Source: Macrostomum lignano (Eukaryota). Taken from it: a DNA stretch of 64,000 bases. Location of the stretch: assembly GCA_002269645.1 (NCBI GenBank), contig NIVC01000975.1, positions 186,001-250,000 of the forward strand, in the 5' to 3' direction. The position numbers and the translations under genes are program-made. The notes below the pieces were generated by a model. That model was not told the DNA's origin and made no database searches. It saw only the letters and a program-made list of their open reading frames with translations. Shown in pieces: positions 1 through 24,082 of the stretch (positions are counted from its first letter, which is position 1; every line of letters begins with the position of its first letter).

Positions 1-140
1 CAATAGGTTTTCTCCTGTTTTCGTACTGCAAATGTGCGATGATGTGGAGTAGGTGTACCGATCCTTGGGTGCTGAAAAATGGTCCAGGTGGTTGGCGCTG
101 CAGCATTTGTACTGCAATGTGCAGTGTACTGATATCGTTC

Positions 141-735
141 TGTCCAATCAACAGAACCCCAATCAGCCCCCACTCCAATCAACGCCCAACCCAATCAACC
201 CCCACCCCAATCAACGCCCAACCCAATCAACGCCCACCCCAATCAACGCCCAACCCAATCAACCATCACCCCAATCAACCCCCACCCCAATCAACCATCA
301 CCCCAATCAACCCCCACCCCAATCAACCATCACCCCAATCAACCCCCACCCCAATCAACCATCACCCCAACCAACCCCCACCCCAATCAACCCCCACCCC
401 AATCAACCCCCACCCCAATCAACCCCCACCCCAATCAACCATCACCCCAATCAACCCCCACCCCAATCAACCATCACCCCAACCAACCCCACCCAATCAA
501 CCCCCACCCCAATCAACCCCCACCCAATCAACCCCCACTCAAATCAACGTCCCACTCAAATCAACGCCCAACCCAATCAACGCCCACCCCAATAAACGCC
601 CAACCCAATCAACCATCACCCCAATCAACCCCCACCCCAATCAACCATCACCCCAATCAACCCCCACCCCAATCAACCATCACCCCAACCAACCCCCACC
701 CCAATCAACACCCACCCCAATCAACCCCACCCCAA
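141..735 (+). repeat. C-rich intronic minisatellite, ~16-17 bp unit (CCCCAATCAACCCCCA)
   Basis: Visible tandem units; explains the PNQP-type ORFs at 39-848 and 53-595. Confidence 0.95.
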
Positions 736-740
736 CTCAC

Positions 741-3700
741 TCTGCAGCGCTTTCTCCGCAGCTTCCTGCAATTTCCGCTGCGCCTCCTCTTCGCGTCGTT
801 TCGCCTCGTCCTCCGCATATTCGGCCAGACTATCAACCAGGTAGATGACGCCTTCAGCCTCCAGCTCGTTGCCGTCGAGAAAAAGATCGCTGAATCATTG
901 AGAAAGCTCATGTGATGCCATATTGAGGTGAGGGTTTGGTTGGGGTGTGGGTTTATTGGGATGGGGGTTGATTGGGGTGGGGTTGATTGGGGTGGGGGTT
1001 GATTGGGTGATGGTTGATTGGGGTGGGGTTGATTGTGGTGGGGGTTAATTGGGGTGGGGGTTGATTGGGGTGGGGGTTAATTGGGTTGGGGTTGATTGGG
1101 TTGGGGTTGATTGGGCGGGTGGATTCGGGTGGGTGTTGATGGGGGTGGGTGTTAACTGGGGTGGGGGTTGATTAGGGTGGGGGTTGATTGTGGTGGGGGT
1201 TGATTAAAGTCGGCGTTGATTGGGGTGGGGCGTTGATTTGAGTGGGACGTTGATTTGAGTGGGGGTTGATTGGGGTGGGGTTGATTGGGGTGGGGTTGAT
1301 TGGGGTGGGGGTTGGTTGGGGTGGGCGTTGATTGGGGTGGGGTTGATTGGGGTGGGGTTGATTGGGGTGGGGGTTGATTGGGGTGGGCGTTGATTGGGGT
1401 GGGGTTGATTGGGCGGGTGCATAGGGGGTGGATTGGAGTGTAGTCTAATCGTAGGTCCCTTATAGTAGGTTATTACGAGCGTATTAATAAGTCGCTTATT
1501 ATAGTATAACTCATAGTAGTATAGTGTAAATTGAACATCAACTATGAGAGGATGAGCTACGTGAAAATAGCAACTCACACGACAGCCGATTGGCAGAGCA
1601 GAGTGCCCAGGTACTTTCCGCTGAGATAGGTGAGATCGCAGTAGCACAGGCTGAGAGTTTTCAAGTACTTGTTGCCAATCAGCCCGCGGCAGAGCTCCTT
1701 GCAGCCATCGTCTGAAAACCTGCATGTCAGGGTTTTGAAACACAGCGGTGCTTTGCGTTCAGTTTTTCTGAGGTTCGAGCATAGCAAGACTCACTCGTTA
1801 AAGTCCAGCACGATCTCCGTGAGTGTTCTGCAGGCTCTTGTTGAGTCGCCGAATGATTTCAGCGAGTCCGGCTGCAGCAGGCAGTCCATCAGCTCCACCT
1901 TGGTCAGGGCGTAGAAGCCTTTGCCTATGAGGCTGGACTGCAGGTTGGGGGTGGGGAATCTCTGTGTGTCTGTCTGTGTGTCTGTCTGTGTGTCTGTCTG
2001 TCTGTCTGTCTGTCTGCCTGCCTGTCTGTCTGTCTGTCTGTCAGCAGCGATCACTCACAATGGAGTTGAGCTCTATCAGGTCCAGGCACATGTCCCACAC
2101 GTACAGCGCGGAAATCCCGGTGTACCGCTTGGCCCTGAGCGCCTCCATCAGCGGCCGCACCCGCGCCAGAGGCCTCGGCTCGGCGGGCGGCGGCTCCCTC
2201 TTGACGAACCTGTCAATCAAAACCTGGCCGCTCGCCGGTTCGCCCTTTTTCTGAGCTCGCTTGCGCGACTGGCTGCGAGAGCGGGAGCGGCCGGAGCCCG
2301 CTGAGGCCGGCTTCTTCTTCTCTGGCGTCTTCTGCATCTCAGGCGGCCCGAACATCGCAATGAGATCCTCGTCTGCCCACCGAGTGAACTCGCTGCGGTC
2401 TCGGGGGCACACGATGAACTGGGGATGGGCGAGGGGTTTCAGCATTATTTGGAATGGCTTGCTTGGCACTTCTGGGGGACTCTGACTCCTTCATCTCACT
2501 GACTCCTTCAACTCACTGACTCTCTCATCTCTCTGACTCCTTCATCTCACTGACTCTCTCATCTCTCTGACTCCTTCATCTCACTGACTCTCTCATCTCT
2601 CTGACTCCTTCATCTCACTGACTCTCTCATCTCTCTGACTCCTTCATCTCACTGACTCCTTCATCTCACTGACTCCTTCATCTCACTGACTCCCTAATCT
2701 CACTGACTCTCTCGTCTCTCTGACTCTCTCATCTCTCTGATTCTCTAATCTCACAGACTGTCTCATCTTTATGACTCTCATCTCTCTCACTCTCTCATCT
2801 CTATAACTCTCTCATCTCTCTGACTCTCTCATCTCTCTGACTCCTTCATCTCTCTGATTCATCGTTCTGACTCTCTCATCACACTGACTGTCTCATCTAT
2901 CTGACTCCCTAACCTCACTGACTCTCACTCTCTCCTCTCTCGGACTCCCTAATCTCTATGACTCTTATCTCTATGAGTCTCTCATCTCTCTGACTCTTAT
3001 CTCTTTGGATCTCTCATCTTTCTGACTCTCTCATTTCTCTGACTCTCTCATCTCTTTGACCCTATCATGTCTTTGATCCTCTGGTATTAATTTTTTTTCC
3101 AATTTCCGACTCACCTTGGACATGAGCTTCTCCTGCTCGATGGCTTCACGCATAGCCAATCGGACACTGGGGCAGACTCCGCTCACCAGTTCCGAGCATT
3201 TCGACTCGTACTCAGCAAGGATTTGCTTCATCAGCTTCACTGGATCCACTGCCAGGCTCTGGGTGGTTAGAAAGAAGCATAATAAGGAAAAAATATCCAC
3301 TTTTCCATTCATTTCCATTAGTTTGCAGACATATTTTGCTACAGTAATTTCAGATGCAATTTTTAAATTAAACTTCATAATCCACTGTGTAAAAAAATTG
3401 AATACTATTTGCAAGCAAATGATTTAGACTTTGTGCAAATAAAAATTCAGATTATGAATTATGAATTCTAAAATACTAGAAAAAATGATGAAAAATTTTG
3501 TTTTTTCTTTTTATTACTCTGCTCTAAATATTTCAATAATTTATTGTTGTCTGTGAAAATTTAAATTTATTAGAATTTGAGCAAACATTCAAACACAAAA
3601 ATTGTAGTAATTAACTTTATAAATCTGCATATCAAGATATGTCATAAAGCTGGTCAAAGCAAAACACTTACATCTGATGCTCCTTTCTTTTTTCCTCCCT

Positions 3701-3743
3701 TTCCGCCTTTTCCCCTGCCTTTTTTATTGGCCCCAACCGGCAT
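741..3743 (-). CDS. Leucine-rich-repeat (ribonuclease-inhibitor-like) protein; multi-exon gene, 3' end probably continues left of 741
   Basis: Exons with GT-AG borders and compatible phases: 3743-3672 (MPVGANKKGRGKGG...), 3258-3115, ~2457-2059, 1937-1795, 1719-1579, 889-741. The joined translation contains RNI-type LRRs (LTEIVLDFNEFSDDGCKELCRGL, LKTLSLCYCDLT, DLFLDGNELEAEG). The acceptor near 2457 is approximate. Confidence 0.8.
925..1440 (-). repeat. G-rich inverted copy of the 141-735 minisatellite
   Basis: Units GGGGTGGGGGTTGATT are the reverse complement of the left array. A variant block (ACTCAAATCAACGTCCC) is present in both arrays. Confidence 0.9.
1962..2042. repeat. (TGTC)n/(TG)n microsatellite in LRR-gene intron
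   Basis: Direct reading. Confidence 0.95.
2480..3050. repeat. CT-rich degenerate minisatellite (CTCTCTCATCTCTCTGACT-like)
   Basis: Direct reading; lies between LRR-gene exons. Confidence 0.9.
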
Positions 3744-4441
3744 TTTTAACGTAAAAACAGTACAACCTGCTGAATCATAGAAAAATTAACAATATTCTAG
3801 ACAAGCTTTCAGAGACCGAATTATATACGTTTCTTCTACCGGTATTTACATAGCTAATACTAATAGATAGATATTTATGCGAAGGTGTGTAGTAAAATTG
3901 AAATATTGTTTTACAAATTCGAAATTGATTCTGCAAATGACGCTTGCTAGTAACAACAAACTCGATTTCTGAAACGTTTCTTTCATTTTAAAATAAAAAA
4001 CTCGCAAAAAACTTATTCTAGATTTTAGTTCTTTTACTGCATTTTTATTTTAGTGAATTAAAAACATTTTGTTTATATGAGTAAAAAGTTTGCGAAGTAA
4101 AAAACTAGCGCCGATTTAGTTTCATTCTTTAGAAACTTTTCTTGGCTACAAACGAGCGTGGACAGTCAGCGATTAAACTCTAGCATCAAATTTAAAGCAA
4201 TTTCTGTAAGTTGGTCATATGTTTGCGTCCATATATTTTATTTAAATAATAATTCTGTAATTTTGTATTTTTAAGCAAGTATTGAATAAGCAATTTTTCC
4301 CGCTGCATGATGAAACAGTAAAGAAGTCCGTAATATTAAAACTTTCTATTTTTATTGAACAGAAGTTTTTTAATAACAATAATTTAAATAACTTTACTAA
4401 TTTATTATTTAACACTTGTTAGACTCTCCCACAGCTGACTC

Positions 4442-17055
<12,614 letters not shown>

Positions 17056-17109
17056 CTTATTGGCAGGTGAACGAGCTCGAATTCAAACAGTACAGGTGTC
17101 CGAGTTGGG

Positions 17110-18075
17110 AAATCTAGACCCGAGTCCCAATATCTAAATCCGGAGTCCCAATATCTAAATCCCGAGTCCCAACATCTAGATCCCAAGTCCCAATATCTAG
17201 ATCCTGAGTCCCAATATCTAGATCCCGAGTCCCAAACATCAAGATCCCGAGTTCCAATACCTAGATCCCGAGTCCCTATATCTAGATCCCGAGTCCCAAT
17301 ATCTAGATCCCGAGTCCCAACATCTAGATCCCGAGTCCCAACATCTAGATTCGCGAGTACCAATATCTAGATCCCGAGTCCCAATACCTAGATCCCGAGT
17401 CCCAATACCTAGATCCCGAGTCCCAATATCTAGATCCCGAGTCCCAATATCTAGATCCCGAGTCCCAAAATCTAGATCCCGAGTCCCAATATCTAGATCC
17501 CGAGTCCCAAAATCTAGATCCTGAGTCCCAATATCTAGATCCCGAGTCCCAACATCTACATCCCAAGTCCCAACATCTAGATACCGAGTCCCAATACCTA
17601 GATCCCGAGTCCCAATATCTAGATCCCGAGTCCCAACATCTAGATTCCCGAGTCCCAATATCTAGATTCCCAAGTCCCAATATCTAGGATCCCGAGTCCC
17701 AACATCTAGATCCCGAGTCCCAACATCTAGATCCCGAGTCCCAACATCTAGATTCTCGAGTCCCAAACATCTAGATTCGCGAGTACCAACATCTAGATCC
17801 CGAGTCCCAAACATCAAGATCCCGAGTTCCAATACCTAGATCCCGAGTCCCTATATCTAGATCCCGAGTCCCAATATCTAGATCCCGAGTCCCAACATCT
17901 AGATCCCGAGTCCCAACATCTAGATTCGCGAGTACCAATATCTAGATCCCGAGTCCCAACATCTAGATTCGCGAGTCCCAATATCTAGATCCCGAATCCC
18001 AAATCTAGATCCCGAGTCCCAACATCTAGATTCGCGAGTACGAATATCTAGATCCCGAGTCTCAACATCTAGATG
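17110..18075. repeat. 21-bp minisatellite (TCTAGATCCCGAGTCCCAATA) just 3' of the filamin stop
   Basis: Direct reading. Confidence 0.95.
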
Positions 18076-18924
18076 CCGAATTCGCAAGTAATATTTATAA
18101 CGTATAGACTGTGAAGTTTGTATGCCGGCTACCACGGTCAACTCGTATTGCCATTCCAGCATCCTACAGTAAGTCGTTGACTCGTTTAGCTATTTTCATC
18201 AGCCACAAGAACTTTTTTAATTTCTACTAACAAGTAAAGTAAAACACGAATGAAAAATATTATTATAGTATTTACTCATAGCGGGGTTTTCTCTATGTTC
18301 CCGCAAATTTTTGTATCTGTAAGGTCGCACAGCAAACCCATTTAATGTACATTTCAAAGATAATTATTTTTAACGATTTGAAAAAATTAACGTTGATTCT
18401 CAGCCACATTTAACTGCTATTAACCATTTTTTCAAACGATATTTAGCAACCTTCACTAAACTGTTTTGCCGTGAAATTTTGGCCTAATAATCAAAAAGTT
18501 TTTTTTGAAAGCAAAATACCTTTCATTAACTTTCTCACCTTCAAAGGGAAGTGATTAATTAGTATAATGCATATATAGCTCTCTTCCCAGATTGAAACCT
18601 TACTTATCTGCTAGTGAGGACAATTAGTTTGTGCTATTGATAATTAAAATATATGCGACTCACAACCATTTTATTAAGTCACGAATGAACCTCTGGTTTT
18701 TTAGCTAAACGTATAAATCCACTGTTTTAATTTTCTCTGCCAGACACAGAGGTAACATTTCCATTTCCATGTTCAGCTATATTAAATACACTAACGGACA
18801 TTAGAAAGTATCCAACCTGATCTAGTGAACCATTTCTTTCTGATCACAAATACAAGTTACGCATCAGGCATCCCGCGCGGGGAACGGTATTATTCAATTG
18901 CACTACGAGCTCCGTATTGCATGA

Positions 18925-19070
18925 TTTGTCATTGGATGCTGGGACTGACTGGTCATCGGATCTGTGACTGACTGGTCATTGGATGCTGTGACTGACTGGT
19001 CATTGGATGCTGTGACTGACTGGTCATTGGATGCTGTGACTGACTGGTCATTGGATGCTGTGACTGCCTG
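18925..19070. repeat. 24-bp tandem repeat (GACTGACTGGTCATTGGATGCTGT)
   Basis: Direct reading, about 5-6 units. Confidence 0.9.
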
Positions 19071-19668
19071 GTCATAGGATGAAGCGACTGACTGAGTGGT
19101 CTGAGTGGTAATTCGATTAGCTTCTGCGTGAATTACTTTAAGAAAATTCAACAAAGATCATTAATACGAAACGACAACAACTGTTGAACAATTGCGAGCA
19201 ACTTAAAAACGCTTGGCGCACAGGAAGGACCAAGACCGTAATCCACTTCTGCAAATCACGGAGCGCCAAGTTGAATATTCGCTGGCTGAGGCCCTGAGAG
19301 CTGAGCAACTGCAAGTGACAGCAGCTGCATTCAACAGTTTACGTGCCCCATTAAATTCAATAGAAATAACTAACTTATAAAGACAAATATTTAAACAAAC
19401 CAATTAGTAAAACAAACTACAAATAAAGTTTGCAGAACCACCGGTTTAATTTATAAATACAGAAAAAAAAAGTTTTGAGATTAAATTTCAGCTACGCATT
19501 TACCTCCAGACAGGGGAATCTTACGAGTAAATACAGGCTGTGACCAAATTCCATCATGAAAGCAATACTAACGCTTGATTACACAAAAATTGCAAACGCT
19601 TGGTGCACAGTAAGGACCAAGACCGGTGGTTCACTTCAGCAATCACGGAGCGCGAAGTTGAATATTCG

Positions 19669-20118
19669 CTACAAAATGTGTGCTGCTTGGAGTGCTCTTT
19701 CAGACTGCTGCCTTGATTGAGTCTCTTGCCGCCCGACATGCATTCAAACGGCTGCATGTGCAACAAGCCTTAAGTACGTAGTGAGGTTGCAGCTGACACT
19801 GAATATCTGGTTGCACACCTTTCACAGTGCACTGAAACGGCCTCTCACCAGTGTGAGACCAGATGTGCCCGTGAAAATGAGTAGCATCTGAGAAGGTCTT
19901 CCCACACCGCTTGCACTTGTGCGGTTTCGCCTTCTCGTGCACTGCACTAATGTGAGCATTGAGTTCGCTTTTTCTCGAGAATTTCTTTTGGAAAGTGTCG
20001 CACTGGAACGGCCTATGGACACCCTGAGCTCGACGGTGCCGTGTTGCAGCAGTTTTTGTAGCTCGGGTCTTCCTGAATGGCTCGCACTCGTGACGCTTCG
20101 TCACTGCACGACTGCCGT
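19669..20118 (-). pseudogene. C2H2 zinc-finger gene remnant (ZNF-1), 5'-truncated and frameshifted
   Basis: Fingers QCDTFQKKF..H and HKCKRCGK..H, homologous to the other cluster members. Cys lost in finger 1, later fingers broken, N-terminal module missing. Confidence 0.85.
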
Positions 20119-21115
20119 CTCGGAGTCGGATTTTGAGAGCCAACTGCGAGCTCAAGCCGACATTTTTTAATTTGGAGTCTTTCTGAAAGAAGCTCTGAGA
20201 GATCGGTTCGTAGCTGAGCAAGAATTGATTATTGACTACTAAAAGACTCATTGACATTTAAGCTGGAGTTGGAGACTGCTACGGCGCAAGAGCAAGTCAG
20301 TACGTGTGCCTTGACTTCAAATAGACAGGTGAAAGTAGGAAATTTAATGATATGCAGACTGCGACATCAAAGCAGTACTCAAGGCCAGGGACGCATTTCG
20401 GGAAAGGCTACAGTTTCTGTAGGATGAAGCATTCGAAAAACATCCTCGGCAGACGTAACCAAATGTCGAACTGTGGGAGAATGAGCTATTTTGAAGCCGC
20501 CTGCAGGCTTTAAAGACCATTCGTCTCGTGTGGAAGAGCAAAATTCACTTCAAACAAAACCAAGAATTCACTAGGTTGACCTTAAACTGAACAATGAAGA
20601 CGTTGCAACGAAAATCCGCGACTTGCATTTCCAAGAGCCAGGCACAACAGTTGGGACTACTCTGGAGAGATAAAATTGTCCATTAATCCTTATGGGGGAC
20701 AATATCTGCGAATGTTAGACTGCATAATGTTGGATTGGATGAAAGTGATTGCTAACTACCTGTGCTACTCATGGACTTAAAAGCAAAGCCAGTCTTTGAT
20801 CAAAATAGTTCAAGGTTAAGAAGTCGAAGTTAGCAAACGCTGTTGTCAAGCTTCAGTGGTCTTTAAGCGAATCCAATTGGAGAGACCAGCAGTGTCGAGA
20901 GTCCGACCATTCCCGTTTTCGCTTTTACCAGCCGTTAAGGAAAGGTTAAAGGATTTGAAAAGGTGATAAAGAAAAAGTACAATGCAAAGACTTGTGTTTG
21001 CTAACACTATTGTGGTAGTTCTGAAAAGTTCGAGAGTTCGAGTTCGAGAGTTGAAAACTTCGATCATGCTCCGGCTGTTCTCGGAATGTGGTGTTCATCC
21101 TTCAATTGGCCATAA
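20119..21115 (+). mobile_element. Decayed Ty3/Gypsy gag-pol remnant, left part (interrupted by the YR element)
   Basis: Translated fragments DFESQLRAQADIF/EALRDRFVA (gag), a knuckle-like C..CG remnant, and the RT-thumb fragment ..FILQLAI, which continues in frame at 25778. Confidence 0.6.
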
Positions 21116-21337
21116 GGGCTGCGGTTTGCGCTAGGCTTGCCTTGAGCAAACCGGCTTTAGTGCCCAAGCGCGCTGCGTCTGTGGTGCGCCCCCCCGCCGC
21201 GTGTGTACGTTCTGTGTTGTTTACAGTTTGGCTGCCGCCGGCGGGGGGGGGTATTTTACTCCAGCCGCGCTGCTGAGTTGGCAGTGTTTTCGCGCAGTTC
21301 TTTTTTTGCACTGAACTCTAATGCCAATCGCTGAATC

Positions 21338-22378
21338 ATGGCTAGCACTGACACTGTCAAGTCACTGCGCGAGAGGTTGCAATGCCTAGGCCTGCCAACC
21401 CACGGAAACAAAATGGAGCTATTGGAGAGGCTGTCTGCACACATCGACAGCGTTACAGAACTGCAGGACGGCGATGTTCGCAGACCTTCACTGACCCCGG
21501 AGACGACTCGCTCGAAGAACATTCAAGATTTTCTGGCGGCTGCGGCGGACGGCGAAGCTGCGACGGCGGCGTCAGAGTCTGGAGCGGCTGGCGGCCTGGA
21601 CGACGAGGTGCGGGACGTCGAGCAGCGTATACGGCTGCTGAAACTGTGCAAGGAAGAAGCCGAGCTGCAGGCCGAGGTTAACCTATTGCAGCGGCACCGG
21701 GCTCCCTCAACTAACCATGGTGAGTTGTTTGGTCACGTGATATCAGGGAGTGAGTCAGCTAGACCAGCGATCCCGCATGGTACCTACCGCATCCCCGAAT
21801 TCATCTGTAAACGCAAGCAGCAGGAAGCGGGTATCATCCAGTCTGTTGATCGGACAGGTAAAGTTGTCTACAAAGTGAAGGAGGCAGCGTTAGAATCTCT
21901 GACCTTTGGCGACTGGATTGCTGGCAATGCGCGCATAATGCTGAAGATGCTGGATGATGGAGCTCTAGTTAAGAGCGGTGAAGGAGAATGTCCTGATGTT
22001 TCTGAGCTCCGAGACTACCTGCGCTTTAATATTCGGATAGGAGAGCTTTTTGACCTTGGTTTCGAGAAGACCCGCGTCATGAGATTCGACGATGAGTGCA
22101 GAATAAGCCAGACAGCTACTACCTCTTGGGAAGCCAGAGCCACCGACATGGGTCTGGTGGCCGCCTACCTGATGGCACCACAGAGGGGTCCGACTGCCTC
22201 AGAGAGACTATCGAAGCGGAGCCAGCAGCCTGTGTGCTTTGACTTCAATAAGGAAGCCGGTTGCAGCAGAAGAAACTGCAAGTTTGCTCATCAATGCCGG
22301 AGGTGCGGTCTAGGCCACTCAGAAGCGGCTGCCCACCGGGATGGCGTGGGTATCGAGACGGCCAGGCCGTCGCACTGA
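21338..22378 (+). CDS. Gag-like ORF1 of the YR element (N-terminal SAP-like domain, coiled coil, C-terminal CCCH-type zinc finger)
   Basis: 346 aa from a true ATG. LRERLQCLGLPTHGNKMELLERL is SAP-like; CFDFNKEAGCSRRNCKFAHQCRRCGLGH is a Cys/His finger. Confidence 0.85.
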   Translation: MASTDTVKSLRERLQCLGLPTHGNKMELLERLSAHIDSVTELQDGDVRRPSLTPETTRSKNIQDFLAAAADGEAATAASESGAAGGLDDEVRDVEQRIRLLKLCKEEAELQAEVNLLQRHRAPSTNHGELFGHVISGSESARPAIPHGTYRIPEFICKRKQQEAGIIQSVDRTGKVVYKVKEAALESLTFGDWIAGNARIMLKMLDDGALVKSGEGECPDVSELRDYLRFNIRIGELFDLGFEKTRVMRFDDECRISQTATTSWEARATDMGLVAAYLMAPQRGPTASERLSKRSQQPVCFDFNKEAGCSRRNCKFAHQCRRCGLGHSEAAAHRDGVGIETARPSH

Positions 22379-24082
22379 CTAAGTGCCCGTAGTGATTTTA
22401 ACGTCCCCGTTTTATCTACAGATTTGAGGTTCGTGGAGTGGGAGAAGGAGCTGTTGTGTATTGATTTGCCTATGGATCGGAAGAAGTTTATTCTCGATGG
22501 TGTTGCATATGGTTTTCGTATAACTAACAAAACTGTTTCTGACTGCAAGCCAATTGGTGTTAACAACTACCATTTTGTCAATGTTCATTTCGAGGCTGTG
22601 GAAAAGCAGATTAAGAAGGAGCTCGGGTGTGGCAGGTATCGCGAGTGCCCGACCGGCTGGCGTCCGCAAGTGGTCAGTGCTCTCGGAGCCTTGCCCAAGG
22701 TTGGTGGCCGTGTGCGCCTGATTCACGACTGCAGTCGGCCCGTGAATAACTCTGTGAACTCCAGATGGGTCAGCCAGGAGAGGCTGCGCTTCACGTGTGC
22801 CGACAACTTTGCGAGGAAGCTTTCTAGAGGCTGCTTTATGACTAAGGTGGATCTCAGCGAAGCGTACCGCGCCTGTGGTGTTCACCCCGATGATTTCAGC
22901 CGGACAGGGATCAAGTTCCGCTTCGGCGAGTCCAAGGCAGCCACCTACATGTATGACACCCGTTTGCCGTTCGGCGCTGCAGCTTCTGTTACCTGTTTTC
23001 ACCATCTTAGCAATGCTGTGCGTTTAATGATGGTGCGCAGAGGCTTTGTGGGCACCGAGTCCTACCTGGACGATTTCGCCTTCGCGGGCTCGCGTGACGA
23101 ATGCCAGCGGTTTTACGACGAGCTGACAGGCCTGTTGACGCGGCTGGGCTTCACTGTAAACTGGGCAAAGTGTCAGACACCAACTCAGCGCATGACCTTC
23201 CTTGGTGTCGAGTTCGATACAGTGGCCGGCATCAAGAGGTTGCCCGAGGAGAAGGCGAGGAACCTCGCTGAGTTGTTAGCAACTGAAAGGAGCAAAACCA
23301 GGATCCGCAAGCGGGCTTTGCAACGCTTGATCGGCAAGCTTGGCTGGGCAGCACAGGTGATTCGCAAAGGAAAAACTTTTCTGCGTGATCTGATCGAAGT
23401 GTGCAACGCTATGCGGCCTGACGAGAGAATTAAAGTCAGCTTACAGCTCTGTGACCAATTCTGCTGGTGGATTGTAGCGCTGGAGTCGGCCCGGTGGGTG
23501 GAGCTCTGGCCTGTTCTCAAGAACCATGTGGCAATCGAGTCCGATGCATGTGGCAGAGGCGGGGCAGCGGTGCTTCGAAGGTCAGATGGCAGTTGGGACT
23601 GGTGCTACATCAATTGGAGCCAGGATGGGGCCGGAGTGTTCGCTGATCTGCCAATCAACTACAAAGAGGCAGTGGCTCCTTTGCTGTCAATCCTGCGCTG
23701 GAGGGAAGAGCTGAAAGGCTGTAACGTTAGCGTTTATTGTGACAACATGGCGGCCTGTCATATTATCAATAATGGCACTTCGAGGTGTCCTGTCGTGCAG
23801 AGGCTACTGCAAACGATTGCGTTGATGTCTTTACGGCATGGTCTGAGTGTGCGAGCCTTTCATGTGCCGGGAGAGTTTCAAATTCTCGCCGATGCAGCGT
23901 CTCGGTTGCACGAGCGCAGTCAGTTGATTAATTTTTTATTTCGCTGCTATGGCAACTTGTGCCCGTTTGCTTTGCAATCAATGCATCGACATGCTTTCTG
24001 CCCTGCCTCTGCCCACTTTCCTCATTTTCAGGCCGTCCAGCTGCGCCAGACTCTCTCAGCCGCCGGGCCGCGTCGCTGCTAG
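22379..24082 (+). CDS. Reverse transcriptase / RNase H of the YR element (open from directly after the gag stop; no early ATG)
   Basis: Motifs GFRI, VRLIHDCS, KVDLSEAYR, RLPFG, YLDD, FLG; RNase H SDACG, NYKEA, VYCDN, ADAASR. Confidence 0.92.
   Translation, partial: LSARSDFNVPVLSTDLRFVEWEKELLCIDLPMDRKKFILDGVAYGFRITNKTVSDCKPIGVNNYHFVNVHFEAVEKQIKKELGCGRYRECPTGWRPQVVSALGALPKVGGRVRLIHDCSRPVNNSVNSRWVSQERLRFTCADNFARKLSRGCFMTKVDLSEAYRACGVHPDDFSRTGIKFRFGESKAATYMYDTRLPFGAAASVTCFHHLSNAVRLMMVRRGFVGTESYLDDFAFAGSRDECQRFYDELTGLLTRLGFTVNWAKCQTPTQRMTFLGVEFDTVAGIKRLPEEKARNLAELLATERSKTRIRKRALQRLIGKLGWAAQVIRKGKTFLRDLIEVCNAMRPDERIKVSLQLCDQFCWWIVALESARWVELWPVLKNHVAIESDACGRGGAAVLRRSDGSWDWCYINWSQDGAGVFADLPINYKEAVAPLLSILRWREELKGCNVSVYCDNMAACHIINNGTSRCPVVQRLLQTIALMSLRHGLSVRAFHVPGEFQILADAASRLHERSQLINFLFRCYGNLCPFALQSMHRHAFCPASAHFPHFQAVQLRQTLSAAGPRRC

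Noticed and set aside
1-140. Possible next LRR-gene exon after an acceptor near 141
   Set aside because: The frame is open but has no recognisable motif and is cut by the window edge; it cannot be supported.
39-848. Long Pro/Asn/Gln-rich ORFs
   Set aside because: Translations of an intronic minisatellite on the strand opposite the real LRR gene.
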